DNA from: Minisyncoccota bacterium
GTDB lineage: Bacteria; Patescibacteriota; Minisyncoccia; Minisyncoccales; JAQTVQ01
DNA length: 64,000 bases
Direction of reading: 5' to 3'
NCBI GenBank assembly: GCA_041657385.1
Contig: JBBABZ010000001.1
Span: 29,821 to 93,820, forward strand
Shown here: piece after piece, positions 56,074-64,000 of the stretch
Layout of the letters: each line of letters starts with the position of its first letter
How positions within the stretch are numbered: position 1 is the stretch's first letter
Made by a program: the position numbers and the translations under genes
The notes under the pieces: model-generated
What the model was told of the DNA's origin: nothing
Databases searched by the model: none
The model's input: only the letters and a program-made list of their open reading frames with translations

Positions 56074-56173
56074 GGAGTTAGGAGCCAGGAATTAGGAATT
56101 AGCTTGTAGGCGTTTCATTTCGCGAAAGGAAAAATACGAAGGCAAGCCCCTACAAGCTACAAGCTCGCAAATT

Positions 56174-57127
56174 ATGATCATTTTTTTATACGGTCCGGAT
56201 ACTTATCGCAGCCGGAAAAAACTTGGCGAAATTATTGAAAGCTATAAAAAAGCCCATAAAAACGGCTTGAGTTTGAGCATTTTTGAGGGGCAGAATCTTT
56301 CTTTTCAGGAATTGAAGAGTCAAATGCAATCGATGTCGATGTTTAGAGAAAAGAAATTAGCGATCGTTAAAAACGCCCTGGCTAACAAAAAATTTAAAGA
56401 AGATTTTTTGAACGACAAAGAAGTTTTTCTAAAAACAGAGGACATCGTTGTTTTTTTTGAAGAAGGGAAGCTGCCAGCCAAAGACGCTTTAGCTTCTTTC
56501 TTAGAGGAAAAGGCTTCAAAAAGCCAAGAGTTCGAATTTTTATCCGGAGCCCGGCTTAAGAATTGGATAAAAAAGGAGTTGGACGGATATCAATCCGAAG
56601 CCGATTCCCAGGTTGTTGAAAAATTAGTCCAGGATGTCGGCGGAGACCTTTGGCAAATGTCTAACGAGATCAAAAAATTGGCCAGTTTCAGATATAAGGA
56701 AAAAATTACAGTCAAAGATGTCGATCTGCTAGTAAGGCCCAAAATTGAAACAGATATTTTTAAAACCATCGACTATATCGGCCAAAAGGATAAAAGAAAC
56801 GCCTTTCTTTTGATAAAGAAGCATCTAGAAAAAGGAGAATCCCCTTTCTACATTTTTTCAATGATCAATTTCCAGTTTAGAAATTTAATTATGGCCAAAG
56901 CCAAATGCCAGGAAGGGGATCCGGATGCTCCCGGCCAATTCAATATTTGGGCCAAAGAGCTCGGAATGCATCCTTTTGTTTTCAGAAAGGCTTTTTACCA
57001 ATCCCAGCATTTTAAAACGGAAGAGCTTAAAAAGATATATCAAAATATTTTTAAAATAGATCTGGCAACAAAAACCGGAGAATTAACCCCGGAAATTGCT
57101 TTAGATATTTTTGTGGCCCAGATCTAG
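56174..57127 (+). CDS. holA: DNA polymerase III delta subunit
   Basis: N-terminus MIIFLYGPDTY, size and three-domain layout typical of HolA. Confidence 0.6.
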   Translation: MIIFLYGPDTYRSRKKLGEIIESYKKAHKNGLSLSIFEGQNLSFQELKSQMQSMSMFREKKLAIVKNALANKKFKEDFLNDKEVFLKTEDIVVFFEEGKLPAKDALASFLEEKASKSQEFEFLSGARLKNWIKKELDGYQSEADSQVVEKLVQDVGGDLWQMSNEIKKLASFRYKEKITVKDVDLLVRPKIETDIFKTIDYIGQKDKRNAFLLIKKHLEKGESPFYIFSMINFQFRNLIMAKAKCQEGDPDAPGQFNIWAKELGMHPFVFRKAFYQSQHFKTEELKKIYQNIFKIDLATKTGELTPEIALDIFVAQI

Positions 57128-57132
57128 TTTTT

Positions 57133-57399
57133 TTACTTGCCGACTTTAGCGGCGAATATTGAGATCCTTGATTTTCTGCGGCTGGCGTTGTTTTTTTTGA
57201 TGACGCCGGCTTTAGCGGCTTTATCAAGAGCTTTGTAGACTTGAGGTAATATTTTCTGTAATTCCTCGCCCTTTTTAGCAGCAGCCAAAACCCTAACCTG
57301 TTTCAAAACTTCTTTGATCTCTTTCTTATATTGCAGGTTTCCGAGTTTTCTCTTTACGGATTGGCGCTGTGCTTTTTTGGCTGATTTTGTTATGGCCAT
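57133..57399 (-). CDS. rpsT: 30S ribosomal protein S20
   Basis: MAITKSAKKAQRQSVKRKLGN N-terminus. 88 aa, basic. Confidence 0.85.
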   Translation of the reverse strand: MAITKSAKKAQRQSVKRKLGNLQYKKEIKEVLKQVRVLAAAKKGEELQKILPQVYKALDKAAKAGVIKKNNASRRKSRISIFAAKVGK

Positions 57400-57445
57400 A
57401 TTCTTTTGCGGAATTTAAGTAATTTAACGATTAACAAAAAAATCA

Positions 57446-57598
57446 TAGCATAAATGCGTGAAAGCGTAAAGTGAAAAGCGAAAAGCGTAAAACAAAAGCG
57501 TAAAATTTAAAATATTCGCTTCTTCGTCATTCGTTGCTTTTAGCTTTACGCTGTTATTTTACGCTTTGCTTTTTTAGCTTTACGCTTTTAGGGAAGAT
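57446..57598. repeat. Intergenic palindromic element of the GCGTAAAG-unit family
   Basis: gcgtgaaagcgtaaagtgaaaagcgaaaagcgtaaaacaaaagcgtaaaatttaaaatattcg ... gcttttagctttacgctgttattttacgctttgcttttttagctttacgcttttag. Confidence 0.8.
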
Positions 57599-57632
57599 GG
57601 CAAGGTCTCCGCGATAATGTATAATGTAAATA

Positions 57633-58199
57633 ATGTTCAACTATATTTCCGGCACCATCACAGATAAAGACAGCAGGAAAGCGGTTTTAGAAAACCAAGG
57701 GATCGGGTTTGAGATTTTTTGTTCGGCTAAGACCTTGGAGAAATTGATTGTCGGGCAAAAAGCGAAGATATATGCTTTTTTAAATGTAAGCGACCGGGCT
57801 TTAGATCTTTATGGTTTTTTAACTAAAGAAGAACAAGAATCTTTTCACCTCTTAAATAATGTTTCCGGTATCGGCCCAAAGACAGCTTTGGGTTTGGCAG
57901 CCATCGGCCCGATGGACAAGATCAAAGACGATCTGGAGAATGGAAGGATCCCGGCCGATGTTAAGGGCTTGGGCCAAAAAAGACTGCAAAAAATTCTTTT
58001 AGAGCTGACCGGCAAAATTCAGGAAATTTCCAAGCAAAAAAGCGGCAAGTCCGCAGTTCAGGACGACGCCTTGGAAGCGTTGGTGGTTTTAGGATTCGCC
58101 AGACAGGAAGCTAAAGAGGCTTTGGCAGGTTTGCCGACGGACGTGCAAGAAACAGGGTCCAGAGTAAAAGAAGCGTTAAAAATATTAGGGAGAAAATAA
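57633..58199 (+). CDS. ruvA: Holliday junction DNA helicase subunit RuvA
   Basis: MFNYISGTI N-terminus (OB fold) and the HhH pair GIGPKTALGLAA / GLGQKRLQKILLEL. Confidence 0.85.
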   Translation: MFNYISGTITDKDSRKAVLENQGIGFEIFCSAKTLEKLIVGQKAKIYAFLNVSDRALDLYGFLTKEEQESFHLLNNVSGIGPKTALGLAAIGPMDKIKDDLENGRIPADVKGLGQKRLQKILLELTGKIQEISKQKSGKSAVQDDALEALVVLGFARQEAKEALAGLPTDVQETGSRVKEALKILGRK

Positions 58200-58200
58200 A

Positions 58201-59238
58201 ATGGACATTTCTCAAACCAGAGGGTTCATAATGTTTATTTGTGCGGCTATCGACCTGTTTTTTGCTTTGATCGTTTGGAGCAAAAGCAAAGAAAACAGAT
58301 TAGCCTTTCATTTAGGATTTCTTGCTTTCTTTGCCGCGCTGTTTTCTTTTACTTATGGCTTTTTTTTCTTTTTCGATTGGCAAAGACTTTTTTGGGTCCG
58401 CTGCACTTGGACGGGGGTTTTAGTGGTCGCTTCTTACGTGAGCTTTGTTTATGTTTTTACGGGTAATTTAAAGAATTTCAGATTTAAATCCGCTGCTTGG
58501 TATTCTTTAGCTATTGCCATAATTGCAACAGCCATTTTTACTCCTTATATCGTGAGAAATATTTCCAACCAGTATCCTTATGTCGGTGTCGAATCCGGCG
58601 GGGATTATGGTCCATTGGCTTTTTTGGGAAGGATCTACATAGTGGCGGGATTGTTTTTCAGCTTATTTTGTCTGTGGAAACATTATTTAAAAATTGAAGA
58701 TCCGGTAAAACGAAGACAATTGCAATATTTTATTGCTGGATTGGTCTTTTATACTTTTGTGGGGGTTTTGGCGGGAGGGGTTATTCCTATATTCAATCCA
58801 AACTTTGACCTTGTGGATATTTCTGCTCTTTTTTCCGTCCCTTGGGTCGGATTGACTGTCTATGCCATATTTAGAAACAAGCTGTTTGATATAAAATTCT
58901 TTTTAACCGAAGTGCTGGTCTATTTTTTTGGCTTATTATTGCTCGCCCAATTATTTTTTAAAGGCCCTTCTTGGAACATTTTTGTTCAATGGGCCAGCTT
59001 TATTTTATTCTGTTTTATCGGTTACCTTTTGATCAAGGCCAATCGAAAAGAGATCCAAAAAAGCGAGGTCTTGGAAGAAAAAGTCGCCGAGAGAACCAAA
59101 GAGCTGCAGGCTTCCAACCAGGGGTTGAAAGAGAGAGAAGAAGAGCTGACCAAGTTTTACAATTTGACTGTGGGGAGGGAAGTTAGAATGGCGGAGCTAA
59201 AGGAAAAAATAAAAAGCCTTGAAGAGAAAAATAAATGA
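58201..59238 (+). CDS. Polytopic (7-8 TM) membrane protein ending in the same coiled-coil signalling helix as the ORF at 52045
   Basis: Seven or more hydrophobic helices, then AERTKELQASNQGL...FYNLTVGREVRMAELKEKIKSL. No enzymatic domain. Confidence 0.45.
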   Translation: MDISQTRGFIMFICAAIDLFFALIVWSKSKENRLAFHLGFLAFFAALFSFTYGFFFFFDWQRLFWVRCTWTGVLVVASYVSFVYVFTGNLKNFRFKSAAWYSLAIAIIATAIFTPYIVRNISNQYPYVGVESGGDYGPLAFLGRIYIVAGLFFSLFCLWKHYLKIEDPVKRRQLQYFIAGLVFYTFVGVLAGGVIPIFNPNFDLVDISALFSVPWVGLTVYAIFRNKLFDIKFFLTEVLVYFFGLLLLAQLFFKGPSWNIFVQWASFILFCFIGYLLIKANRKEIQKSEVLEEKVAERTKELQASNQGLKEREEELTKFYNLTVGREVRMAELKEKIKSLEEKNK

Positions 59239-60509
59239 CAGTTAAAAATTTTGTTAAAAAATTTGCTCCTAAGTCTTTGATCAGTTTGTACCATTTCAAA
59301 CTGGCCTTTTTAGGCGCTTTGAGATACGGTTTTCCTGCGCGCCGGCTGGAGGTTATCGGTGTAACCGGCACCAGCGGCAAGTCCACGACCGTCAATTTGA
59401 TCTCAAATATCCTTGAAGAAGCGGGGGGGATGGTTGCATCGACCTCGTCTATCAGGTTTAGAATAAATGGAAAGGAACAGCCCAACCTTTTAAAAATGAC
59501 CATGCCTGGCCGCTGGCGCATCCAGAAGTTTTTAAAAGAAGCGGCTGACAGCGGTTGTAAAACGGCAATTGTGGAAGTAACATCCGAAGGCATTGTCCAG
59601 CACCGCCACCGGTTTATAAATTTTAAAATGGCTTTATTCAATAATCTGGCCTTGGAGCATATCGAATCCCACGGCAGTTTTGAGAATTACCGCAAAGCCA
59701 AAGAAAAGCTTTTTCAAGCTGTAAAAGGGATCCATATCCTTAATCTTGACGATGATAATGTTGAGCATTTTTTGAAATACCCAGCCGAAAAAAAGTACGG
59801 TTATACTATTAAAGGAAAAGCTATAGAAAGAGTGGAAATTATCTCTGCCAAAAATATTAAAAGTGTTGCAGGAGGATCTGAATTTGAGATCAATGGAATG
59901 AAAATTTATTTACCGCTCCAAGGAGATTTTAATGTCTGCAATGCTTTGGCCGCTATTTGCGTGGGCGCGGCCAAAGGAATTAGCTTGCCGATAATGAAGA
60001 AAGCTTTAGAAAAAACAGCGACAGTCCCGGGCCATATGGAAGAAATAATTTTAGAGCCATTCTCCGTTTTTGTTGATTACGCTTTTATTCCGAGCACTTT
60101 GGAAAAAGTCCAAGGAACTTTGAAAGCCAAGGCAGCGGCCAGGGGAGGCAGGCTGATCGGCGTCTTGGGATCGTGCGGCGGCGGCCGCGATAAATGGAAG
60201 AGGCCGATTTTGGGCGAGATCGCCAAAAAATATTGCGATGAGATCATTATTACCAATGAAGATCCTTATGACGAGGATCCGCAAGAGATCATTGATCAAG
60301 TGGCCAAGGGCGCGGGAGAGAAGGCTAGGAAAATATTAGACAGGCGCGAAGCGATCGGCCAAGCCTTGAAGCTGGCCAAGCCAGGGGATGTGGTCATTTT
60401 AACCGGCAAGGGTTGCGAGCCTTGGATCTGCGTGGCTGACGGCAAAAAAGTTGCTTGGGACGAAAAAAAAGTTACGCTGGAAGAATATCAAAAATTATTT
60501 TCTAAATAA
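59235..60509 (+). CDS. Mur ligase family protein (MurE-like UDP-MurNAc-tripeptide synthetase)
   Basis: P-loop IGVTGTSGKSTT, a central Mur ligase domain and a C-terminal domain. 424 aa, shorter than canonical MurE. Confidence 0.55.
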   Translation: MTVKNFVKKFAPKSLISLYHFKLAFLGALRYGFPARRLEVIGVTGTSGKSTTVNLISNILEEAGGMVASTSSIRFRINGKEQPNLLKMTMPGRWRIQKFLKEAADSGCKTAIVEVTSEGIVQHRHRFINFKMALFNNLALEHIESHGSFENYRKAKEKLFQAVKGIHILNLDDDNVEHFLKYPAEKKYGYTIKGKAIERVEIISAKNIKSVAGGSEFEINGMKIYLPLQGDFNVCNALAAICVGAAKGISLPIMKKALEKTATVPGHMEEIILEPFSVFVDYAFIPSTLEKVQGTLKAKAAARGGRLIGVLGSCGGGRDKWKRPILGEIAKKYCDEIIITNEDPYDEDPQEIIDQVAKGAGEKARKILDRREAIGQALKLAKPGDVVILTGKGCEPWICVADGKKVAWDEKKVTLEEYQKLFSK

Positions 60510-60545
60510 TCTTTAACTTGCGGGAAGGCTTAACTTCTTTGTTTT

Positions 60546-61625
60546 ATGTATGAAAGGATAGTTGCGCTTCAGGAGGTTCTGCGCGAAGAAAAATTGGAGT
60601 CAATATTGGTCACAGATCCGGCCAATGTTTTTTATTTGACTGGCTTGTGGGATCAAGTAGGAAAGGGGTTCTGGGTTTTTGTCTGCCAGAATAATTTTTG
60701 GGTGATAACTTCTGTTTTTTATAAAAATATAATCGAGGAGAAGGTTTCGGCAAGCCATTTAATAATGTGCTCGGCAGAAGCTTCTCGTTCTCAAAAACTT
60801 TTAGGCTTGGCGGGAGAAATAAATAAAATCGCTTTTGAAAAAGAGAGCTTGTCTTACGCTGAATATGAATTTTTTGAAAAAGTTTTAAGCAGCAAAGAGC
60901 TTGTGCCTTGCGCTGGGCTGGTTGAAAAGATCAGGAAAATAAAAGACCAAAAAGAAATTCAGAAAATAAAAAAAGCGGTTAAAATAACCGATCAAGCGTT
61001 TGAAAGCGCTTTAAAGATTATTAAGCCAGGAGTAAGTGAAATTTTTATTGGCCGCAAAATCAGGGAAATAATGGAAGACATGGGAGCGGAGGGCACCGCC
61101 TTCGACTCGATTGTTGCCAGCGGAAAGAACGGAGCGGACATCCACCACACTTGCTCCCAGAAAAAGATTAAAACAGGAGAAATGGTTATTATCGATATTG
61201 GCGCTAAATACAAAGAATACTGTGCGGATTTTACCAGAACAATTTTTATCGGCAAGGCCACCCCGAAATTTAAGAATATTTATCAAATTGTTTTGGAAGT
61301 TCAAAAAAATTCGATTAGCCGATGCAATGCCGGCTCTTCAATTGGTGGAAGTTTTTCAGCAGTTGTGGATGATTTTAAAAAATATGGAGAGAGTGAAAAT
61401 TTTATTCATGCTTTGGGCCATGGGGTAGGGGTCGAGATTCATGAATTGCCTCATATCGGCAGATACGATAATCAAGGTAGCTTTGAAGATGGAATGGTTG
61501 TGGCAATAGAACCAGGGCTTTACTATAAAGATTTTGGAGGTGTTAGAATCGAAGATTTGTGTTTGATTGCCGGCAAGTGCAAGCCAATGAGCAAAGTCTC
61601 GAAAGAACTAATAGAAATATTATAG
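60546..61625 (+). CDS. M24 family Xaa-Pro aminopeptidase
   Basis: Metal-binding blocks DIGAKYKEYCADFTRT, HALGHGVGVEIHELP and IEPGLY. Confidence 0.8.
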   Translation: MYERIVALQEVLREEKLESILVTDPANVFYLTGLWDQVGKGFWVFVCQNNFWVITSVFYKNIIEEKVSASHLIMCSAEASRSQKLLGLAGEINKIAFEKESLSYAEYEFFEKVLSSKELVPCAGLVEKIRKIKDQKEIQKIKKAVKITDQAFESALKIIKPGVSEIFIGRKIREIMEDMGAEGTAFDSIVASGKNGADIHHTCSQKKIKTGEMVIIDIGAKYKEYCADFTRTIFIGKATPKFKNIYQIVLEVQKNSISRCNAGSSIGGSFSAVVDDFKKYGESENFIHALGHGVGVEIHELPHIGRYDNQGSFEDGMVVAIEPGLYYKDFGGVRIEDLCLIAGKCKPMSKVSKELIEIL

Positions 61626-61762
61626 CCCACAGGTTATCCACAGGATTTACACAAGCATTCCTCGTGTCGCTATTGGCTACAAGTTTGACTTTTACTGTTT
61701 TAAGCTCTAAAGTTGAGGAATTCGGGAACAATGGCATTATTAATAATTTTTTATTGAACATT

Positions 61763-61948
61763 ATGGAATTTTTAAAACTCAATTTACCTAAAAGTTTAAG
61801 CAAGCATGTCCGTACCGAGAAAAACCGCATCCGCAAGCTGATCGGCAGCACGGACGAAAAGAAGAAACTCGTCGATGAACTTTACAAAAAAGTTTTAAAA
61901 ATAAAAAAATCGGCTGCTGAGAAGAAAGAGAAGCCGGCCAAAAAATAA
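61763..61948 (+). CDS. Possible small lysine-rich protein (hypothetical)
   Basis: A 61-aa ORF starting from the ATG at 61763 with a K-rich C-terminus. Weak support only. Confidence 0.2.
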   Translation: MEFLKLNLPKSLSKHVRTEKNRIRKLIGSTDEKKKLVDELYKKVLKIKKSAAEKKEKPAKK

Positions 61949-62012
61949 ATTCAACAATGTTTTTACAAGGCTGTGTCCATTAAATGGGCGCAGCTTTTTT
62001 GTTTTTTGGAAG

Positions 62013-63614
62013 CTACAGGTTTTTGACCATATAAAGCTCTTTGAGCTTGAAGCCGGATCTTTTGAAATATTCTCTGGCTCCGACGGACGAGATGGCCGCT
62101 AGCTTTTTCAAGCAGAATTCTTTTTGGGCTATTTTTTCAGCGGCTTTTATCAACTTATCTCCCAGGCCCTTGTGCTGGGCGGAAACTTTTTTGTTACTGG
62201 AAATAGGAGTAAGTATGCCGTAAGTGTGCATTTCCCTGATTATTCCGGTATTTTCAAGAACCTTGAAAATCTGTTTTTGACCTTTGTTGTAATTGGACGA
62301 GGGGATCCGTAATCTTAACAAGCTGAATATCTTTTCCCTGCTTTTGTTCTCAAAACTTAAGAATATCTCCTGCCCGCCGGAAGCAGGGTAGTCGTGGCGG
62401 AAAAGAAAAACTTTTTCTTTGGGGTCGTATTCTGATTTTATTTCCCGGCAGCGGATGCATTGGCATTTAAAGTTTTCAGACTTGAGCTTCTTTTCAATAA
62501 CTTGTCTTAAATTGGAGATCTTAGCCGGCCCCTCCACTATGGTTTTGGAAGAGATATCGCGGATGACCCTTTCGATCCTTACATAGGGCGGCACTATTTT
62601 TTTGATCTTCACGATGGTCTCGATCAGATCTTCGGCGCTGCATGGCTGGTATTTTTTATCAAGATACCATTGGTAAAGCGGCGCTTCTTTGACCAAAGCA
62701 CAAGGATAAATTTTTAAGCTGTCCGGCTGGAAATCAGGATTAGAGAAAAGCTCTTTGAACATCTCCGCATCTCTTTCCGGATTAGAGCCGGGAAGGTCCA
62801 ACATCATCTGGTAGGAAATTTTAAAACCAGCATCTTTTAACAAGCGGGTGGCTTTTACGGTTGAGTCTATTAAATGTCCTCTTCTACTTAACTGTAAAAC
62901 ATCGTCATAAAGGGACTGGACTCCAAGCTCGACCTTGGTAACGCCATAATTTCTTAGTCTTTTTATCTCTTTTTCATTTATGAAATCCGGCCTGGTTTCA
63001 ACAGAAAGCCGCGAAATGCGATGTTTGGCTTTTTCGTTTTTCTTTTGAGAAGCTTCTAGATTTTTAGAAGCGATTTTTTTTCTGTTTTCTGCATCATTAC
63101 AGGCATCAAAGCATTTTTTGATAAAACTTTCCTGATAGGTTTTAGGATAAAAACTCCAAGTGCCGCCGATGATTCTTAGCTCTATTTTTTCAGTAGTATG
63201 GCCTTCGGCTTCCAGCATTTCCAACCTTTGCCGTACTTGCAAATAAGGATCATACTTCAGCTTTCTGGCGCGCTCCACTGCCGGTTCTCCCGAAAGGTAG
63301 CTCTTGGGGATGCCGGTTTCGTTTGGGCAGTAAAGGCAATTTCCGGGGCAGGGATAAGGCTTGGCCAAAACCGAAACATTGACTATGCCGGAAAGAGAGC
63401 GGACCGGCCGGGTTTTTAAAATAAGCTCCAGTATTTTTGAAGGCTTGATGCTTTTGCTCAGCAATAATTCGTGATAAGCTTTGAGCAAATCCATATTGCT
63501 CGGGCAGGCGGTCTTACAAAGCTTGGAATATTTTCTTTTGGCGCGCGCCAAATCGTTCAAGGTCTTGGCCCTGTCTTTCAATAAATTTTTGATTATAAAC
63601 TGGTTATTGTCCAT
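62013..63614 (-). CDS. Elp3-family radical-SAM/GNAT protein (tRNA carboxymethyluridine synthase homologue)
   Basis: Radical-SAM cysteine cluster PYPCPGNCLYCP, a TIM-barrel-like core (ELRIIGGTWSFYP), and a C-terminal GNAT fold (QHKGLGDKLIKAAEKIA). 533 aa. Confidence 0.7.
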   Translation of the reverse strand: MDNNQFIIKNLLKDRAKTLNDLARAKRKYSKLCKTACPSNMDLLKAYHELLLSKSIKPSKILELILKTRPVRSLSGIVNVSVLAKPYPCPGNCLYCPNETGIPKSYLSGEPAVERARKLKYDPYLQVRQRLEMLEAEGHTTEKIELRIIGGTWSFYPKTYQESFIKKCFDACNDAENRKKIASKNLEASQKKNEKAKHRISRLSVETRPDFINEKEIKRLRNYGVTKVELGVQSLYDDVLQLSRRGHLIDSTVKATRLLKDAGFKISYQMMLDLPGSNPERDAEMFKELFSNPDFQPDSLKIYPCALVKEAPLYQWYLDKKYQPCSAEDLIETIVKIKKIVPPYVRIERVIRDISSKTIVEGPAKISNLRQVIEKKLKSENFKCQCIRCREIKSEYDPKEKVFLFRHDYPASGGQEIFLSFENKSREKIFSLLRLRIPSSNYNKGQKQIFKVLENTGIIREMHTYGILTPISSNKKVSAQHKGLGDKLIKAAEKIAQKEFCLKKLAAISSVGAREYFKRSGFKLKELYMVKNL

Positions 63615-63624
63615 ATTTTTTTAA

Positions 63625-64000
63625 ATGGAAAAATATTTTGCCGAGTATCTGCTTAAAGAAGGAGCGAAAAATTACGATATCATCGCTTCTGATTATGCTC
63701 GCACGCGCCGTTACAATTCGCAAGACCTGATCGACTTGGCCGTTTTAGCCAAACCGGGCGAAAAAGTTTTGGATCTGGGCTGCGCCAACGGCAGGATGAT
63801 AGAACTGTTTGATCCGAAAAATATAGAATATCACGGAGTTGATATTTCAGGGAAGCTGATTGAGATCGCCAAGAAGCTTTATCCGGCCGGCCATTTCCAG
63901 ATTGGAGATGCCTTGAACATTCCTTTTCCCGATAATGCTTTTGATAAGGTCTATTCTATTTCAGTTTTACATCATATTCCTTCCGAAGAATTCCGGCAAA
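63625..64000 (+). CDS. Class I SAM-dependent methyltransferase, Trm9/Methyltransf_11-like. The 3' end is truncated by the window.
   Basis: VLDLGCANG (motif I), HGVDISGKLIEIAK, and LNIPFPDNAFDKVYSISVLHHIPS, which closely resembles the Trm9 LPFRDxSFDAxISIxVIHH block. Confidence 0.65.
   Translation, partial: MEKYFAEYLLKEGAKNYDIIASDYARTRRYNSQDLIDLAVLAKPGEKVLDLGCANGRMIELFDPKNIEYHGVDISGKLIEIAKKLYPAGHFQIGDALNIPFPDNAFDKVYSISVLHHIPSEEFRQ

Noticed and set aside
61626-61660. Perfect DnaA box (ggttatccacagg) 22 kb from oriC
   Set aside because: A single 9-mer match is expected by chance at about 0.5 per 64 kb on two strands. No cluster.
61559-61948. 129-aa ORF overlapping the pepP stop
   Set aside because: The first 22 codons overlap pepP in another frame. 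Only the distal lysine-rich 61 codons (from the ATG at 61763) could be real, and are listed with low confidence.

Overview
AT-rich bacterial chromosomal window with hallmarks of a reduced Candidate Phyla Radiation/Patescibacteria-like genome. It uses the standard genetic code, has short intergenic regions, many small ORFs and single-domain signalling proteins. All calls below are by eye from the translations and the DNA; no database search was possible.

Main blocks:
- (1) 1-15.4 kb: a lipid-metabolism cluster. It contains two DegV/FakB-like proteins, FabG, a FabZ-FabK fusion, a second FabK, PlsC, PlsY and the acetyl-CoA carboxylase set (AccC, BCCP, BirA, fused carboxyltransferase). Embedded in it are an archaeal-type thiolase, a DUF35 zinc-ribbon/OB-fold protein with a long unknown C-terminal extension, a DUF359-like (GTP-dependent dephospho-CoA kinase-like) gene and an ornithine-cyclodeaminase-family gene. 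No KAS, FabD or ACP is visible in the window.
- (2) 15.6-16.2 kb: tRNA-Arg(TCG) and tRNA-Lys(CTT) flank a VirB2/TrbC-like pilin gene.
- (3) 16.4-25 kb: rpsO, an NYN-domain protein, pnp, a K/E-rich coiled-coil protein, DksA/TraR, YifB/ComM, a LysM-M23 peptidase and KsgA.
- (4) 25.1-36.2 kb: a type-IV-secretion-like membrane apparatus. It comprises a 766-aa secreted cysteine-rich protein with Fn3-like repeats fused to a C-terminal pilin-like hairpin, a second pilin paralog, a VirB8-sized membrane-anchored protein, a VirB6-like polytopic protein, an SPFH protein, a PrgI/VirB3-like protein and a VirB4 ATPase split into two ORFs in different frames.
- (5) 36.3-41 kb: the replication-origin region. 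jag, yidC, rnpA and rpmH (called by hand) lie on the minus strand, followed by dnaA and dnaN. DnaA-box clusters are present upstream of dnaA and in the dnaA-dnaN gap.
- (6) 41-64 kb: housekeeping genes, namely PBP1A, tyrS, ruvC, yebC, an LTD protein, ruvB, a PilB/GspE-type ATPase, tsaE, a 5'-3' exonuclease, mutM, holA, rpsT, ruvA, a Mur ligase and pepP. Also present are a modular two-component set and a divergent Elp3-homologue/Trm9-like methyltransferase pair.

Repeats and non-coding signals: at least three families of intergenic palindromic repeats occur. One is a near-perfect 20-bp GC palindrome (CCTGCCTGCCGGCAGGCAGG, 5 copies). One MITE-like element carries a four-helix-bundle (rRNA-IVS-type) gene inside the acc operon. 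Two GC-rich structured intergenic segments are candidate non-coding RNAs. No CRISPR array, rRNA or obvious prophage was seen.
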